A DNA stretch of 64,000 nt, from positions 4,987 to 68,986 of the forward strand of contig DASXBY010000042.1 of the NCBI GenBank assembly GCA_036491455.1, written 5' to 3'. The notes beneath the pieces were generated by a model, which did no database searches, had not been told where the DNA came from, and saw only the letters and a list, made by a program, of their open reading frames with translations. The position numbers and the translations under genes were made by a program. Positions 11,642 through 21,436 of the stretch are shown piece after piece; the stretch's first letter is position 1; the number at the start of each line of letters is the position of its first letter. This stretch comes from Caulobacteraceae bacterium. GTDB taxonomy: Bacteria > Pseudomonadota > Alphaproteobacteria > Caulobacterales > Caulobacteraceae.

Positions 11642-12484
11642 ATGCCCAATCCCATCGCTGATCCCCTGGTCGAAGTTCCCGACACCGACTCGCAGTCCGA
11701 GTTGGTCCAGGTGAGGGCGACGACCGACGGCCAGGCGACAGTCACGATTAATCGCGCCAGCAAGCGCAATGCCTTCAACGCGGAAGTCATCGGCGCCCTG
11801 CGTAGCGCCTTCGACACCCTGGATGGCGCAGACGGCGTGCGCGTGGTGTTCATCGCCGGCTCGGGTGAGGCGTTCTCGGCCGGCGCCGACCTGGAATGGA
11901 TGCGCGACGCGGCCGACTACAGCGAAGCCGAAAACCGCGAAGATGCCATGGCCATGGCGACCATGCTTAAGCGGCTCTACGACCTACCGCATCTGACCGT
12001 GGCTCTGGTCGATGGCGCGGCCTACGGCGGCGGCGCTGGCCTTGTTGCTGCCTGTGACATGGCCATCGTTACGGAAGGCGCCAGATTTGCCTTTTCCGAG
12101 GTCAAGCTGGGATTGGTCGCCGCCACGATCAGCCCCTATGTTGTCGCAGCCATTGGCGCGCGCCGCGCCCGCTCGTTGTTCGCCACCGGTCGGCAGTTCG
12201 ATGCAGCCTTCGCATTGAAAATCGGACTGATCGACGAAATCATCCCTGACCGGGCTGGTTTCCCGGCCGTCCGCGAGAGGATTTCCGAGGAAATGCGGAC
12301 GGGCGGGCCCAACGCCGTCGCCGAATCCAAGCGACTCGTCGACCACGTGGTCGGCCGACCAATCGACCATTCATTGATGGAAGCTACGGCGCGGTGGATC
12401 GCCAGGGTACGAGTGAGCGAGGAGGGGAAGGAGGGAATCGCCGCCTATCTGGCGCGTCGAAAACCCTCGTGGGCTGAAACGTGA
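11642..12484 (+). CDS. liuC: Enoyl-CoA hydratase, probably methylglutaconyl-CoA hydratase
   Basis: KRNAFN, FSAGADLEWM, AYGGGAGLVAACD, FSEVKLGL; located between the MCC subunits. Confidence 0.88.
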   Translation: MPNPIADPLVEVPDTDSQSELVQVRATTDGQATVTINRASKRNAFNAEVIGALRSAFDTLDGADGVRVVFIAGSGEAFSAGADLEWMRDAADYSEAENREDAMAMATMLKRLYDLPHLTVALVDGAAYGGGAGLVAACDMAIVTEGARFAFSEVKLGLVAATISPYVVAAIGARRARSLFATGRQFDAAFALKIGLIDEIIPDRAGFPAVRERISEEMRTGGPNAVAESKRLVDHVVGRPIDHSLMEATARWIARVRVSEEGKEGIAAYLARRKPSWAET

Positions 12485-14430
12485 TCGGCTCACTCCTGAT
12501 CGCCAATCGCGGCGAGATCGCAAGACGCATCATGCGTACAGCGCGCCGGTTAGGCGTCGCGACTATCGCGGTCTATTCCGAGGCGGATGCCCGCAGTGCT
12601 CACGTGAGCGAGGCCGATGTCGCGATCGAGATCGGTTCGGCGAGCGTCATCGACAGCTATCTGCGATCCCAGATTATCTTGGAAGCCGCTCAGGCGACCG
12701 GCGCTGAGGCCATCCACCCAGGCTACGGATTCCTCTCCGAGAACGCGGACTTCGCCGAGGCGGTCCAGGCGGCGGGACTGGTGTGGGTCGGGCCACCGCC
12801 GGCGGCGATCCGGGCCATGGGGCTCAAGGACGCCGCCAAGCGCCTGATGGCTGAGGCCGGTGTGCCGGTGACGCCCGGCTGGCTTGGCGAGGACCAGGGC
12901 GTCCATAACCTGGCCAAGGAGGCGGCCAAGATCGGCTGGCCGGTGCTGATCAAGGCGATCGCCGGCGGCGGCGGCAAGGGCATGCGCAAGGTCGAACACG
13001 CCCGCGACTTCGTAGACGCGCTGGCCGCCGCCAAGCGCGAAGCCAAGTCGGCGTTCGGCGATGACCGGGTACTGCTTGAAAAGTTCGTTACCCGGCCAAG
13101 GCACATCGAGGTGCAGGTCTTCGCCGATTCCTTCGGCGGGGTAGTCCATCTCTTCGAGCGTGATTGTTCGATCCAGCGACGCCACCAGAAGGTCATCGAG
13201 GAAGCGCCGGCGCCCGGGATGGATGAAACCACGCGCCAGGCCCTTTATTCGGCAGCAGTTCGCGCGGCGCGGGCCGTCGACTATCAGGGCGCCGGCACAG
13301 TCGAGTTCATCGCCGATGCGTCGGAGGGACTATCGGCTGACCGTATCTGGTTCATAGAGATGAACACCCGCCTTCAGGTCGAGCATCCGGTCACCGAGGC
13401 GATCACCGGTCTCGATCTTGTCGAATGGCAATTCCGGGTCGCCTCGGGCGAACCCTTACCGCTCAGGCAGGACCAGATCAGCTTCTCAGGCCATGCGATC
13501 GAGGCGCGGCTCTACGCTGAGGATCCGGGCAATGGATTCTTGCCTTCGACAGGAACGCTCAGGGTGTTCGAACTGCCGGGCGAGGTGCGATGCGATTCAG
13601 CGGTCGAGGCAGGCGATACGGTGACACCCTACTATGACCCGATGCTCGCTAAGCTCATCAGCCATGCTCCCACCCGCGAAATGGCGACGGGTGAGCTTGC
13701 CAAGGCTTGCGGCGCCGTGCGCGTCTGGCCGGTTCGGACCAATGCCTGGTTTCTGGCCCGTTGTCTCAATGACGCGGATTTTGTGGCTGGCGACGCGGAC
13801 ACGGGATTTATCGATCGCAAGATGGAGACACTGGCGAGGTCCCCTGCGCCAAGCATCGAAGTTCGCGCTGCGGCGGCGGCGGGATTGGCCGCAATCGCGC
13901 CAGGCGCACATGCATCAGGCTCTTCCGATGGCTTGTTCGCGTTCCGGTTGAATGCGCCGGCGAGATCTATTGTCACTTTGAATTTCGCGGATACGAGCTT
14001 CGAGACGACCCTGGCCAGGGCAGGCGAGGCCTATCAAATCGAGATTGAGGGCCGCAGTCTGTGCGCTGCCGCGAACGGAGGCGCGGTCCAGATCGCCGAT
14101 GCATCCTATCGGGTGGCCGATATCGGCGAGGGCCATGTTGTCGTCTTCGAGAATGGCGCGGGCTTCGAGTGCAGCCTCTTGAGATGGGGCGCCAGCGCCG
14201 CGGCGGATGCGAGCGATGGGACAATCCGCTCGCCGATGCCGGGCCGGATCGTGTCGATCGCTCGGCGGGCAGGGGATCCGATCAAGGCTGGCGAAACCCT
14301 GCTTGTCCTCGAAGCCATGAAGATGGAACACGCTCTAAGGGCCCCCGTCTCAGGCGTGATCGCGGAGCTTGGGGCCGAAGAGGGTACGCAGGTGAGCGAA
14401 GGGGTGATCCTCGCCCGGATCGAGACTTGA
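12481..14430 (+). CDS. liuD: 3-methylcrotonyl-CoA carboxylase alpha (biotin carboxylase/BCCP) subunit
   Basis: IANRGEIA, HPGYGFLSEN, GGGGKGMR, EMNTRLQVEH, biotinyl EAMKME. Confidence 0.93.
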   Translation: MIGSLLIANRGEIARRIMRTARRLGVATIAVYSEADARSAHVSEADVAIEIGSASVIDSYLRSQIILEAAQATGAEAIHPGYGFLSENADFAEAVQAAGLVWVGPPPAAIRAMGLKDAAKRLMAEAGVPVTPGWLGEDQGVHNLAKEAAKIGWPVLIKAIAGGGGKGMRKVEHARDFVDALAAAKREAKSAFGDDRVLLEKFVTRPRHIEVQVFADSFGGVVHLFERDCSIQRRHQKVIEEAPAPGMDETTRQALYSAAVRAARAVDYQGAGTVEFIADASEGLSADRIWFIEMNTRLQVEHPVTEAITGLDLVEWQFRVASGEPLPLRQDQISFSGHAIEARLYAEDPGNGFLPSTGTLRVFELPGEVRCDSAVEAGDTVTPYYDPMLAKLISHAPTREMATGELAKACGAVRVWPVRTNAWFLARCLNDADFVAGDADTGFIDRKMETLARSPAPSIEVRAAAAAGLAAIAPGAHASGSSDGLFAFRLNAPARSIVTLNFADTSFETTLARAGEAYQIEIEGRSLCAAANGGAVQIADASYRVADIGEGHVVVFENGAGFECSLLRWGASAAADASDGTIRSPMPGRIVSIARRAGDPIKAGETLLVLEAMKMEHALRAPVSGVIAELGAEEGTQVSEGVILARIET

Positions 14431-14433
14431 GCC

Positions 14434-14847
14434 CTGTCGCTCCACCTGATCAAGCTGTGTGTGGGATGCGACACGGTCGAAGAGCTTCTGGCCTGGCGTG
14501 AAATAAGCGCGACCAAGGGCGAACCATGGATCATGCGGACGCGACAGACCCCGCGGCGGTTGGCGGATTTGCTTGATGGCGGTTCGCTCTACCGGGTCTA
14601 TCGCGGCCAGATTTTGTCCAGACAGGAGATCCTTGGCGTCGCCACCATCGGCGCGGGGCAAGCCACCCACTGTGAAGTGACACTCAGCGAAGAGGTCGTT
14701 CGAACCCTTCCGACGCCCCGGCGAGCGTTCCAGGGATGGCGCTACCTTGCCGCGGCGGATGCGCCGCCGGATCTTGAAACCGCCGGGCTCGCCGATGATG
14801 CGCCGCCAGATCTCATCAAGCGTCTGCGCGAGCTGGGCGCTTGGTAG
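14434..14847 (+). CDS. DUF1489-family protein
   Basis: LHLIKLCVG...TRQTPRR..LLDGGSLY...RRAFQGWRYL...LRELGAW; start probably CTG at 14434 (see findings). Confidence 0.8.
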   Translation: MSLHLIKLCVGCDTVEELLAWREISATKGEPWIMRTRQTPRRLADLLDGGSLYRVYRGQILSRQEILGVATIGAGQATHCEVTLSEEVVRTLPTPRRAFQGWRYLAAADAPPDLETAGLADDAPPDLIKRLRELGAW

Positions 14848-15688
14848 CAGCAATATTGTCGATCAGCCGGGTGCGTCCAAGTCGAGCGGCCGTCAAGATG
14901 CGCGCCTCTTCCTTAAGGGGGCCGGGCGACAGTCTTTTTAAGCTCGCGGGGTGGCGGACCTCCAGATAGTCGACGCTCTCGAACCCGGCCGCCACGACGC
15001 TGTCGCACGCTATCTGCTCGACAATAGCAATGCGTTCGCCCTCGGCAAGAGATCTCGCCGCCGTCGCTAGCGCGGCATAGAGAGCTGGAGCGATGGCGCG
15101 CTCGGAGGGTGAAAGGTAGACGTTGCGGGAAGACAGGGCGAGGCCGTCAGCCTCGCGCACGATGGGCGCGCCGAGGATCTCCACGTGCAGGTCGAGATCG
15201 AGCGCCATTCGGCGGATCACCTGCAGCTGCTGATAATCCTTTTCCCCGAACACGGCGCAATCTGGCGACGCCTGGATCAAGAGCTTGGCGACGACAGTGG
15301 CCACGCCGGCAAAATGATGGGGCCTAAACGCCCCTTCAAGCGGCGCGGCGAGATTCGCGACGGACACGGTTGTGTCGAAGCCCAGCGGGTACATAGACGC
15401 CGCCAGCGGCGCATAGACCGCGTCACAGCCGGCATCGGCCAGCAGGGCGAGGTCACGGGCCTCGTCGCGCGGATAGGCGTGAAAATCCTCGTTGGGTCCA
15501 AACTGGGTAGGATTGACGAAGATGCTGGCTAGAACGATGTCGACGCATGTTCGGGCATGCCGGATAAGGGACAAGTGACCATCATGCAGCGCGCCCATGG
15601 TCGGCGTCAGAGCCAGCCGTGAACTGAGCGCGCGCGATCGCCAGGTTCTCAGCTCTTTCGGCGTGCGAAGGACGGGGATCGGCGGCAT
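14816..15688 (-). CDS. panC: Pantoate-beta-alanine ligase
   Basis: PTMGALHDGH, FVNPTQF, FGEKDYQQ, GLALSSRN, RLIDN. Confidence 0.97.
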   Translation of the reverse strand: MPPIPVLRTPKELRTWRSRALSSRLALTPTMGALHDGHLSLIRHARTCVDIVLASIFVNPTQFGPNEDFHAYPRDEARDLALLADAGCDAVYAPLAASMYPLGFDTTVSVANLAAPLEGAFRPHHFAGVATVVAKLLIQASPDCAVFGEKDYQQLQVIRRMALDLDLHVEILGAPIVREADGLALSSRNVYLSPSERAIAPALYAALATAARSLAEGERIAIVEQIACDSVVAAGFESVDYLEVRHPASLKRLSPGPLKEEARILTAARLGRTRLIDNIAATKRPARADA

Positions 15689-15807
15689 GGACCGGGCTTG
15701 CGGACGCCGGCTTATGACGGAGCCGTTTGGTTGCGTCCAGACGCCCTTGCGCCCGTCCTCTGCATGCCGCAATCACCGGTCAGGAATTTCGCGGTTCGCG
15801 GACCCAG

Positions 15808-15814
15808 TGATTCG
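15808..15814 (+). promoter_or_regulatory. TGATTCG, a GANTC (CcrM) site matching the GcrA YGAKTCG consensus upstream of mipZ
   Basis: Exact motif match 15 nt before the mipZ start; short motif, so function is inferred. Confidence 0.4.
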
Positions 15815-15829
15815 ACCAGGGAGAGTGCG

Positions 15830-16606
15830 GTGGCCAAAGCCCACGTCATCGTGGTTGGCAACGAAAAGGGTGGTGCGGGCAAGTCCACGGTCGCCACCCA
15901 CCTTGCCGTAGCCTTGATGCACGAGGGCGCGTCGGTCGCCGTCGCCGATCTCGATCATCGACAGAAGTCTACCGAGCAGTTCTTCGCCAATCGGGAAGCC
16001 TGGGCCATGGCTCGGGGGGTCTCACTACTCCAACCGGCCGCTCGCTATTGCCCGGAAGGATTGGGCGACCTCGAGGCAATGCTCAGTCCTTCGGCTGACT
16101 TTCTGGTCGTGGACACGCCCGGCGCGGACACTGAAACGTCGCGCGCGGCTCACCGCGCAGCGGACCTGATCGTCACGCCGATGAATGACAGCTTTGTCGA
16201 TCTCGGTGTGCTTGGCGTGGTCGATCCGGTCACGTTGGAGGTGCTGCGTCCGAGCCTCTATTCGGAGTCCGTATGGAACGCCCGAAAATCGCGCGCAGCC
16301 AAGGGCGGCCGCTCGATAGACTGGGTAATCCTGCGCAATCGCTTAGCGCCGGTGGAGGCCCGCAATCGTCGGCGTGTGGACGAGAAACTCGCGATGCTCG
16401 CGAGGCGCACAGGTTTTCGCGATATCTCCGGTTTGCGCGACCGGGTCATCTATCGTGAGCTTTATCCTTTTGGCCTCACCGTGAGCGACCTCGCTCGCGG
16501 AGTTCGACCTATACCGGTGTCCATGGGCCACATCGTCGCCCGGCAGGAGCTGCGTCGCCTCCTATACGACATCGGCTTGACTGCGTGGGTGGCCGCCGCC
16601 GAGTAA
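15830..16606 (+). CDS. mipZ: Division-plane positioning ATPase MipZ
   Basis: VIVVGNEKGGAGKST, TPMNDSFVD, DPVTLE, LRNRL, GLRDRVIYRELYPFGLT; divergent from panC. Confidence 0.93.
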   Translation: MAKAHVIVVGNEKGGAGKSTVATHLAVALMHEGASVAVADLDHRQKSTEQFFANREAWAMARGVSLLQPAARYCPEGLGDLEAMLSPSADFLVVDTPGADTETSRAAHRAADLIVTPMNDSFVDLGVLGVVDPVTLEVLRPSLYSESVWNARKSRAAKGGRSIDWVILRNRLAPVEARNRRRVDEKLAMLARRTGFRDISGLRDRVIYRELYPFGLTVSDLARGVRPIPVSMGHIVARQELRRLLYDIGLTAWVAAAE

Positions 16607-16611
16607 GGCCG

Positions 16612-16953
16612 ATGCCCGTCTTCATCGTGGCGGCCGTCGTCGCCGCGGCCTGGTATGCGCTGTGGAAGGGCAGGGACAGCGCCTCGAACCAACCTCGGCT
16701 AGCTAAGCGTCTTGGGCGGCGTCTCGGTTCGGCGACGCGAGCCGCCGCGGGCGCGTGGAGGGACAGCGCTGACCGAAGGATTACCCTCGCCGACGCGCGC
16801 GCCCTACTGGGGATCAGCGAAGTCGCCACGGTCGTTGAGATCGAAGCCGCCTACCGGCGCCTTATGCTGCGGGCGCACCCCGATCAGGGAGGAACGGATG
16901 CGCTCGCCGCAAAACTTACGGCCGCACGAGACCGGCTGATCAAAAAGAGTTGA
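16612..16953 (+). CDS. Small membrane-anchored J-domain (DnaJ) protein
   Basis: N-terminal hydrophobic helix; AYRRLMLRAHPDQGG J-domain HPD motif. Confidence 0.85.
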   Translation: MPVFIVAAVVAAAWYALWKGRDSASNQPRLAKRLGRRLGSATRAAAGAWRDSADRRITLADARALLGISEVATVVEIEAAYRRLMLRAHPDQGGTDALAAKLTAARDRLIKKS

Positions 16954-16956
16954 TCG

Positions 16957-18255
16957 TCAGGCGTCGTGGCCAATCGCGCAGGCCATGCCACTCGAGCGAA
17001 CCGCGCCGCATGCCTCGTGGGCGGTCGTCTCGCTGAATCCGGAGAAAACCGCCCGATAACGATGGCCGCGTGCATCGACCGCACCTTCGGCGCTTGCAAA
17101 CTGGCGAGAGAAACGCCGGGCGACGTGCTCAACCTGCACCTTGGCCTGCCGGCGGTCGTGGAACTCGCCCACCTGGACCCACCAATTGCGCGACTCTTGG
17201 GCGCGGGCAGGGGCGGTACGGGGTGACATCGCCGGGGCCACTGTGACTGGCGGCGGCGTCGAGGCAGATCTGGTAAGCACTACGCCGATGGGGTCGGCGT
17301 CGCCCTCACCCTGCAGATTGGATACTCGAGGCGTTGAGACGGCAATGTCATGGGAGCCGGTAAATAAGCTCTGCGCCGAGGCAATTTTTTCGCCCCGATC
17401 TCGACGATCCATGACGTCGAAGCCGGTGAGAAGGAGGTTTTCGACATTGGCGTTGCGAACGGCGCTGGAAGAACTGCCCATCACGACCGCGATCAGCCGA
17501 TGGCCATTGCGCATGGCCGACGCGTCCAGATTGAAACCGGCGGCATTCGTAAACCCGGTCTTGAGGCCGTCAACGCCCGGCATTTTCCCAAGCAGGTGGT
17601 TGGTGTTGACCATCGTACGGCCGCGATAGGTAAACTCCTGCTGGCCGAAGAACCTGTAATATTGAGGGAAATCACGCAGGATCGCGCGCGTCAGGATCGC
17701 GATGTCGTGGGCGCTGGTCACCTGCCGGCTGTCCGGCAGACCGTTGGCGTTGACATACCGGCTGTTGACCATGCCCAGCTGCTGGGCCTTCAGGGTCATC
17801 ATCTCGGCGAAGTGGGATTCCGTACCACCGACCCTCTCCGAGACGGCCACGGCCATGTCATTGGCCGAGTGCACGGCCATGGCGTGCAAGGCATTTTCGA
17901 CGGTGATGGTCTCGCCAGGGCGAAGGCCGAGCTTGGTCGGCGGCTGAGCGGCCGCAAGCGGCGATACAACGATCAGGTCATTGAGGTGGAGCTTGCCGGA
18001 GGCCAGAGCTTCGAACGCTAGATAGAAGGTCATCACTTTCGTCACCGAGGCCGGATACCTCGGGCTATCGGCGCGTTCGGAATACAGGATTTCGCCCGTC
18101 GTAGCGTCCATCACTATGGCCGTGTTTTTTGGCTCAAAGCGAGGGACCTGAATGTACGGCAGTTGGGCCGAGGCCAAGTTCGGCAGCGAGGCCAGAGAGG
18201 CGCCGAGAACGGCGACGGCGGCAATGCGCGACATTCGGTGGGTCAGAGCGGGCAA
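16957..18255 (-). CDS. D-alanyl-D-alanine carboxypeptidase (peptidase S11) with C-terminal SPOR-like domain
   Basis: Signal peptide; PASVTK (SxxK), SAND (SxN), GLKTG (KTG); C-terminal WVQVGEF...YRAVFSGF..AHEAC. Confidence 0.92.
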   Translation of the reverse strand: MPALTHRMSRIAAVAVLGASLASLPNLASAQLPYIQVPRFEPKNTAIVMDATTGEILYSERADSPRYPASVTKVMTFYLAFEALASGKLHLNDLIVVSPLAAAQPPTKLGLRPGETITVENALHAMAVHSANDMAVAVSERVGGTESHFAEMMTLKAQQLGMVNSRYVNANGLPDSRQVTSAHDIAILTRAILRDFPQYYRFFGQQEFTYRGRTMVNTNHLLGKMPGVDGLKTGFTNAAGFNLDASAMRNGHRLIAVVMGSSSSAVRNANVENLLLTGFDVMDRRDRGEKIASAQSLFTGSHDIAVSTPRVSNLQGEGDADPIGVVLTRSASTPPPVTVAPAMSPRTAPARAQESRNWWVQVGEFHDRRQAKVQVEHVARRFSRQFASAEGAVDARGHRYRAVFSGFSETTAHEACGAVRSSGMACAIGHDA

Positions 18256-18409
18256 CGATCAGGCTCCGGGAATCAATGAACACATAGGGAGTTAGTTAGC
18301 GTCAGCGAGACGTGCGGCTCAACATCGGCCTAGCATCCTTTCGGTAAGGTAAACAATTCTTGACCGCTGTGGCCCCGGGCGTGAGAAGGAGGCTCGAGCT
18401 TTGCCATGC

Positions 18410-18448
18410 TGCAGTGCACCATTTTCTGTTGACTTCTGCGGTGCAGCA
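18410..18448 (+). promoter_or_regulatory. Two PhaR-type boxes flanking a TTGACT -35 of the phasin promoter
   Basis: TGCAGTGCACCA (18410-18421) and TGCGGTGCAGCA (18437-18448) fit the alphaproteobacterial TGCRNYGCASMA pattern; TTGACT at 18429-18434. Confidence 0.7.
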
Positions 18449-18536
18449 TGCGAATAGACCCACACGCGACCCCCGACGCGTTTCAATCGCCATCCCTGCG
18501 CGCCCCAAGGGCAGCGCCCAATGTCAGGAGTTATTC

Positions 18537-18974
18537 ATGGCCACCGCCGCTGAAACCGTAAAGTCTTCGAACGAGAAGTTCGCTGCCGCGGGCAACAAGG
18601 CGTTCAAGGATTCGTTCGACAAATCCTTCTCCGCCTTCACCGAACTCAACACCCAGTCGAAGCAGAATTTTGAAGCCTTTGTCGCTTCCATGACTGCCGC
18701 CACCAAGGGCGCCGAGGCCCTTGGCGCGCACGCGGTCGCCTTCTCTCGCAAGGCGGTGGAAGATCAGGTTGCAGCCGCCAAGACGCTGGCCGGCGCCAAG
18801 AGTGTGCAGGAGGTCATCGAGTTGCAGACCGGCTTCGCCAAGAACGCGTTCGAGACCTACGTCGCGGAAATGAACAAGATGGCCGAAACCGTCGCCTCTT
18901 CGGTCAAGGAATCGGCCTCGCCGATCAACGAGCGGGTCAGCGCCTTCGTCGAGCGAGTCCAAGCCGCCCGTTAA
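18537..18974 (+). CDS. phaP: Phasin (PHA granule protein)
   Basis: Ala/Lys-rich amphipathic protein with AKSVQEVIELQTGFAK and SPINERV; AGGAG RBS. Confidence 0.9.
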   Translation: MATAAETVKSSNEKFAAAGNKAFKDSFDKSFSAFTELNTQSKQNFEAFVASMTAATKGAEALGAHAVAFSRKAVEDQVAAAKTLAGAKSVQEVIELQTGFAKNAFETYVAEMNKMAETVASSVKESASPINERVSAFVERVQAAR

Positions 18975-18997
18975 GCTTGTCAGTAGCGTAGTTCCTG

Positions 18998-19034
18998 GAA
19001 GGCCCGGGCCGAAAGGTCCGGGCCTTCGTCTTTT
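18998..19034 (+). terminator. Rho-independent terminator after the phasin gene
   Basis: GAAGGCCCGGGCC-GAAA-GGTCCGGGCCTTC stem-loop followed by GTCTTTT. Confidence 0.85.
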
Positions 19035-19065
19035 ATGGCTCTCCCGGTCGGGCTATCAGTGACCC

Positions 19066-19527
19066 ATGACCACTCCCGCCGATCGTCTGGCCGCGCTCAA
19101 TGTAATCCTCCCCGTGCCTGTTGCGCCGGTGGCCAACTACCTTCCTTACGTTCGCGTGGGTTCGCTCGTGCATATCTCGGGGCAGGTCTCCGTTGACGCT
19201 TCGGGGGGAATTCGCGGCGTAGTGGGCGAGGATCTCAATCTTGCCGCCGGTCAGGCCGCCGCCAGGCTCTGCGGCATCAACCTGATTTCGCAGTTCCGGG
19301 CAGCTTGCGACGGCGAGCTTTCACGCGTGGTCCGCGTGGTCCGCCTCGGCGGCTTCGTTCAGGCTGGACGTGCTTTTTTCGATATCCCCAAAGTCCTCAA
19401 TGGATGCTCTGACCTCATGGTCGATGTGTTCGGTGAAGCCGGCCGCCACGCCAGATCCGCGGTTGGCGTCTACCGGCTCCCGCTCAATTTCGCCGTGGAA
19501 GCCGATGCGGTGATCGAAGTCCGATGA
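19066..19527 (+). CDS. RidA/YjgF family protein
   Basis: APVANY, ISGQ, NGCSDL..VFGEAGRHARSAVG..LP. Confidence 0.92.
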   Translation: MTTPADRLAALNVILPVPVAPVANYLPYVRVGSLVHISGQVSVDASGGIRGVVGEDLNLAAGQAAARLCGINLISQFRAACDGELSRVVRVVRLGGFVQAGRAFFDIPKVLNGCSDLMVDVFGEAGRHARSAVGVYRLPLNFAVEADAVIEVR

Positions 19528-20276
19528 AAGAGACCTTCGGCGAAGCCTGGGACCTGCTGTTCGCGCCGCCGATCGCGCACCGCGGCTTGTGGGCCGAAGA
19601 GACCAGTCCGGAGAATTCGCTGGGGGCCTTCCAGGCGGCCTGTGCCGCCGGTTACGCCATTGAACTGGATGTTCAGCTCTCCGCCGATGGCGAAGCCGTG
19701 GTTTTCCATGACGCCACGCTCGAACGTATGACCGGCGTCGACGGACGCGTCTGCGATCATACGTCCGATGATCTAGGGCGGATGCGCCTCGCCGGTACCG
19801 ATGAAACCATTCCCACCCTGGCCGACGCGCTCGCGCTGGTCGGGCACAAGGCCATGGTCCACATCGAAATCAAGTCAGCCTTTGGCCAGGTCGGCCGTCT
19901 CGAGCGACGCGTGTGCGAAGTGCTCATCGACCACCATGGGCCTACCTGCGTGATCGGCTTCAACCCCTATTCCCACGCATGGTTTGCCGAGCATCATCCG
20001 AAGGTCCTGCGGGGCCTGGACAGCTACAGCTATCGCGACGGCGACGCGCGGCATCTAGCGCCCGAACTGCGAAAATCGTTCGCCCGCCTCGAACACGTGC
20101 AGATCGCCAAGCCGCATTTCCTGGCTCTCAGCCTCGACATGCTGCCCAACTCGAAGGCCGACAATCTTCGCGCCAAGGGCATGCCGGTGGTCGCCTGGAC
20201 GATCCGCCGTCCCGATCAATGGGACGCGGTCAAATCCCACTGTGACAACATGATCTTCGAGGGTTTCGCGGCGTGA
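19524..20276 (+). CDS. Glycerophosphodiester phosphodiesterase
   Basis: IAHRG, PENS, IELDV, VFHD, IEIK, AWT. Confidence 0.92.
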   Translation: MKETFGEAWDLLFAPPIAHRGLWAEETSPENSLGAFQAACAAGYAIELDVQLSADGEAVVFHDATLERMTGVDGRVCDHTSDDLGRMRLAGTDETIPTLADALALVGHKAMVHIEIKSAFGQVGRLERRVCEVLIDHHGPTCVIGFNPYSHAWFAEHHPKVLRGLDSYSYRDGDARHLAPELRKSFARLEHVQIAKPHFLALSLDMLPNSKADNLRAKGMPVVAWTIRRPDQWDAVKSHCDNMIFEGFAA

Positions 20277-21436
20277 CGGCCCTCAAGGCCGACGTCGAAA
20301 TCCATCAACGGATTGCAGACATCGGCCGCGAGGCCTGGGACGCCTGCGCCGGCGCCTACCAGGCCAATCCGTTCATCGCTTTCGATTTCCTGGACATGCT
20401 TGAGGAGTCCGGCTGTGTCGGCAGGCGGACAGGTTGGGCCCCGACCCACCTGACGGTGGCGGATGAGTCTGGCGCCCCCGCAGCGGTCATGCCGCTCTAT
20501 GTCAAATCGCATAGCCAAGGCGAATACATCTTCGACCATGGCTGGGCAGAAGCCTATGAGCGCGCCGGGGGGCGCTACTACCCAAAGCTTGTGTCGGCCG
20601 CGCCATTCTCGCCCGTGACCGGGCCAAGGCTGATAGTGCGCCACGATATCGAGGCCGAGAGCGCGCGTCGGCTTCTGTTGCTGGGCGGCCTGGAACTCTG
20701 CCGCCGCCTGGGCGCCTCCGGCCTCGGCATCAACTTTCCCACAGAGGAAGAGTGGCGGTTCATGGGCGAACAGGGCCTGCTCCTTCGCCAGAACCAGCAA
20801 TACCACTGGCTCAACAACGCCTACGCCACGTTCGACGATTTCCTGGCCGCGCTCTCGTCGGGGCGGCGCAAGACCATCCGACGGGAGCGGCGAGAAGCAA
20901 CGGCCGGTCTCGAGATTCGGAGGCTTTCAGGCAAGGACATCACCGAGGATCATTGGGACGCCTTTTTCGCCTTCTACATGGACACCGGCTCGCGAAAGTG
21001 GGGTCACCCGTATCTCAATCGTCGCTTCTTCTCGCTCTTGGGTGAGCGGATGTCCGATCAGGTGCTTCTGGTGATGGCGCTGAGGGGAGGGCGCCCTATC
21101 GCCGGTGCGCTCAATCTGATTGGCGGCGATTGTCTCTTCGGGCGGAACTGGGGGTGCCTCGAAGACGTGCCGTTCCTCCATTTCGAGCTTTGCTACTATC
21201 AGGCGATCGAAGCGGCGATTGAGCGCAGACTCGCCCGAGTCGAAGCCGGCGCGCAGGGTCAGCACAAGATCTCCCGAGGCTACCTGCCGACCCCCGTCTA
21301 CTCGGCCCACCACATCGCCGACCCGGCTTTGCGGGGGCCGGTGGACAGGTTCCTATCGGAGGAGCGGCGGGCGGTGCGCGGTGAAATGGACTGGCTGGCT
21401 GAGGAATATTCGCCATTCCGGAAAACAATTTTGTGA
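20273..21436 (+). CDS. FemAB-like GNAT family protein (COG3146/DUF482 type)
   Basis: KSHSQGEYIFDHGWA, YYPKL, LHFELCYYQAI, VEAGAQGQHK. Confidence 0.9.
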   Translation: MTALKADVEIHQRIADIGREAWDACAGAYQANPFIAFDFLDMLEESGCVGRRTGWAPTHLTVADESGAPAAVMPLYVKSHSQGEYIFDHGWAEAYERAGGRYYPKLVSAAPFSPVTGPRLIVRHDIEAESARRLLLLGGLELCRRLGASGLGINFPTEEEWRFMGEQGLLLRQNQQYHWLNNAYATFDDFLAALSSGRRKTIRRERREATAGLEIRRLSGKDITEDHWDAFFAFYMDTGSRKWGHPYLNRRFFSLLGERMSDQVLLVMALRGGRPIAGALNLIGGDCLFGRNWGCLEDVPFLHFELCYYQAIEAAIERRLARVEAGAQGQHKISRGYLPTPVYSAHHIADPALRGPVDRFLSEERRAVRGEMDWLAEEYSPFRKTIL

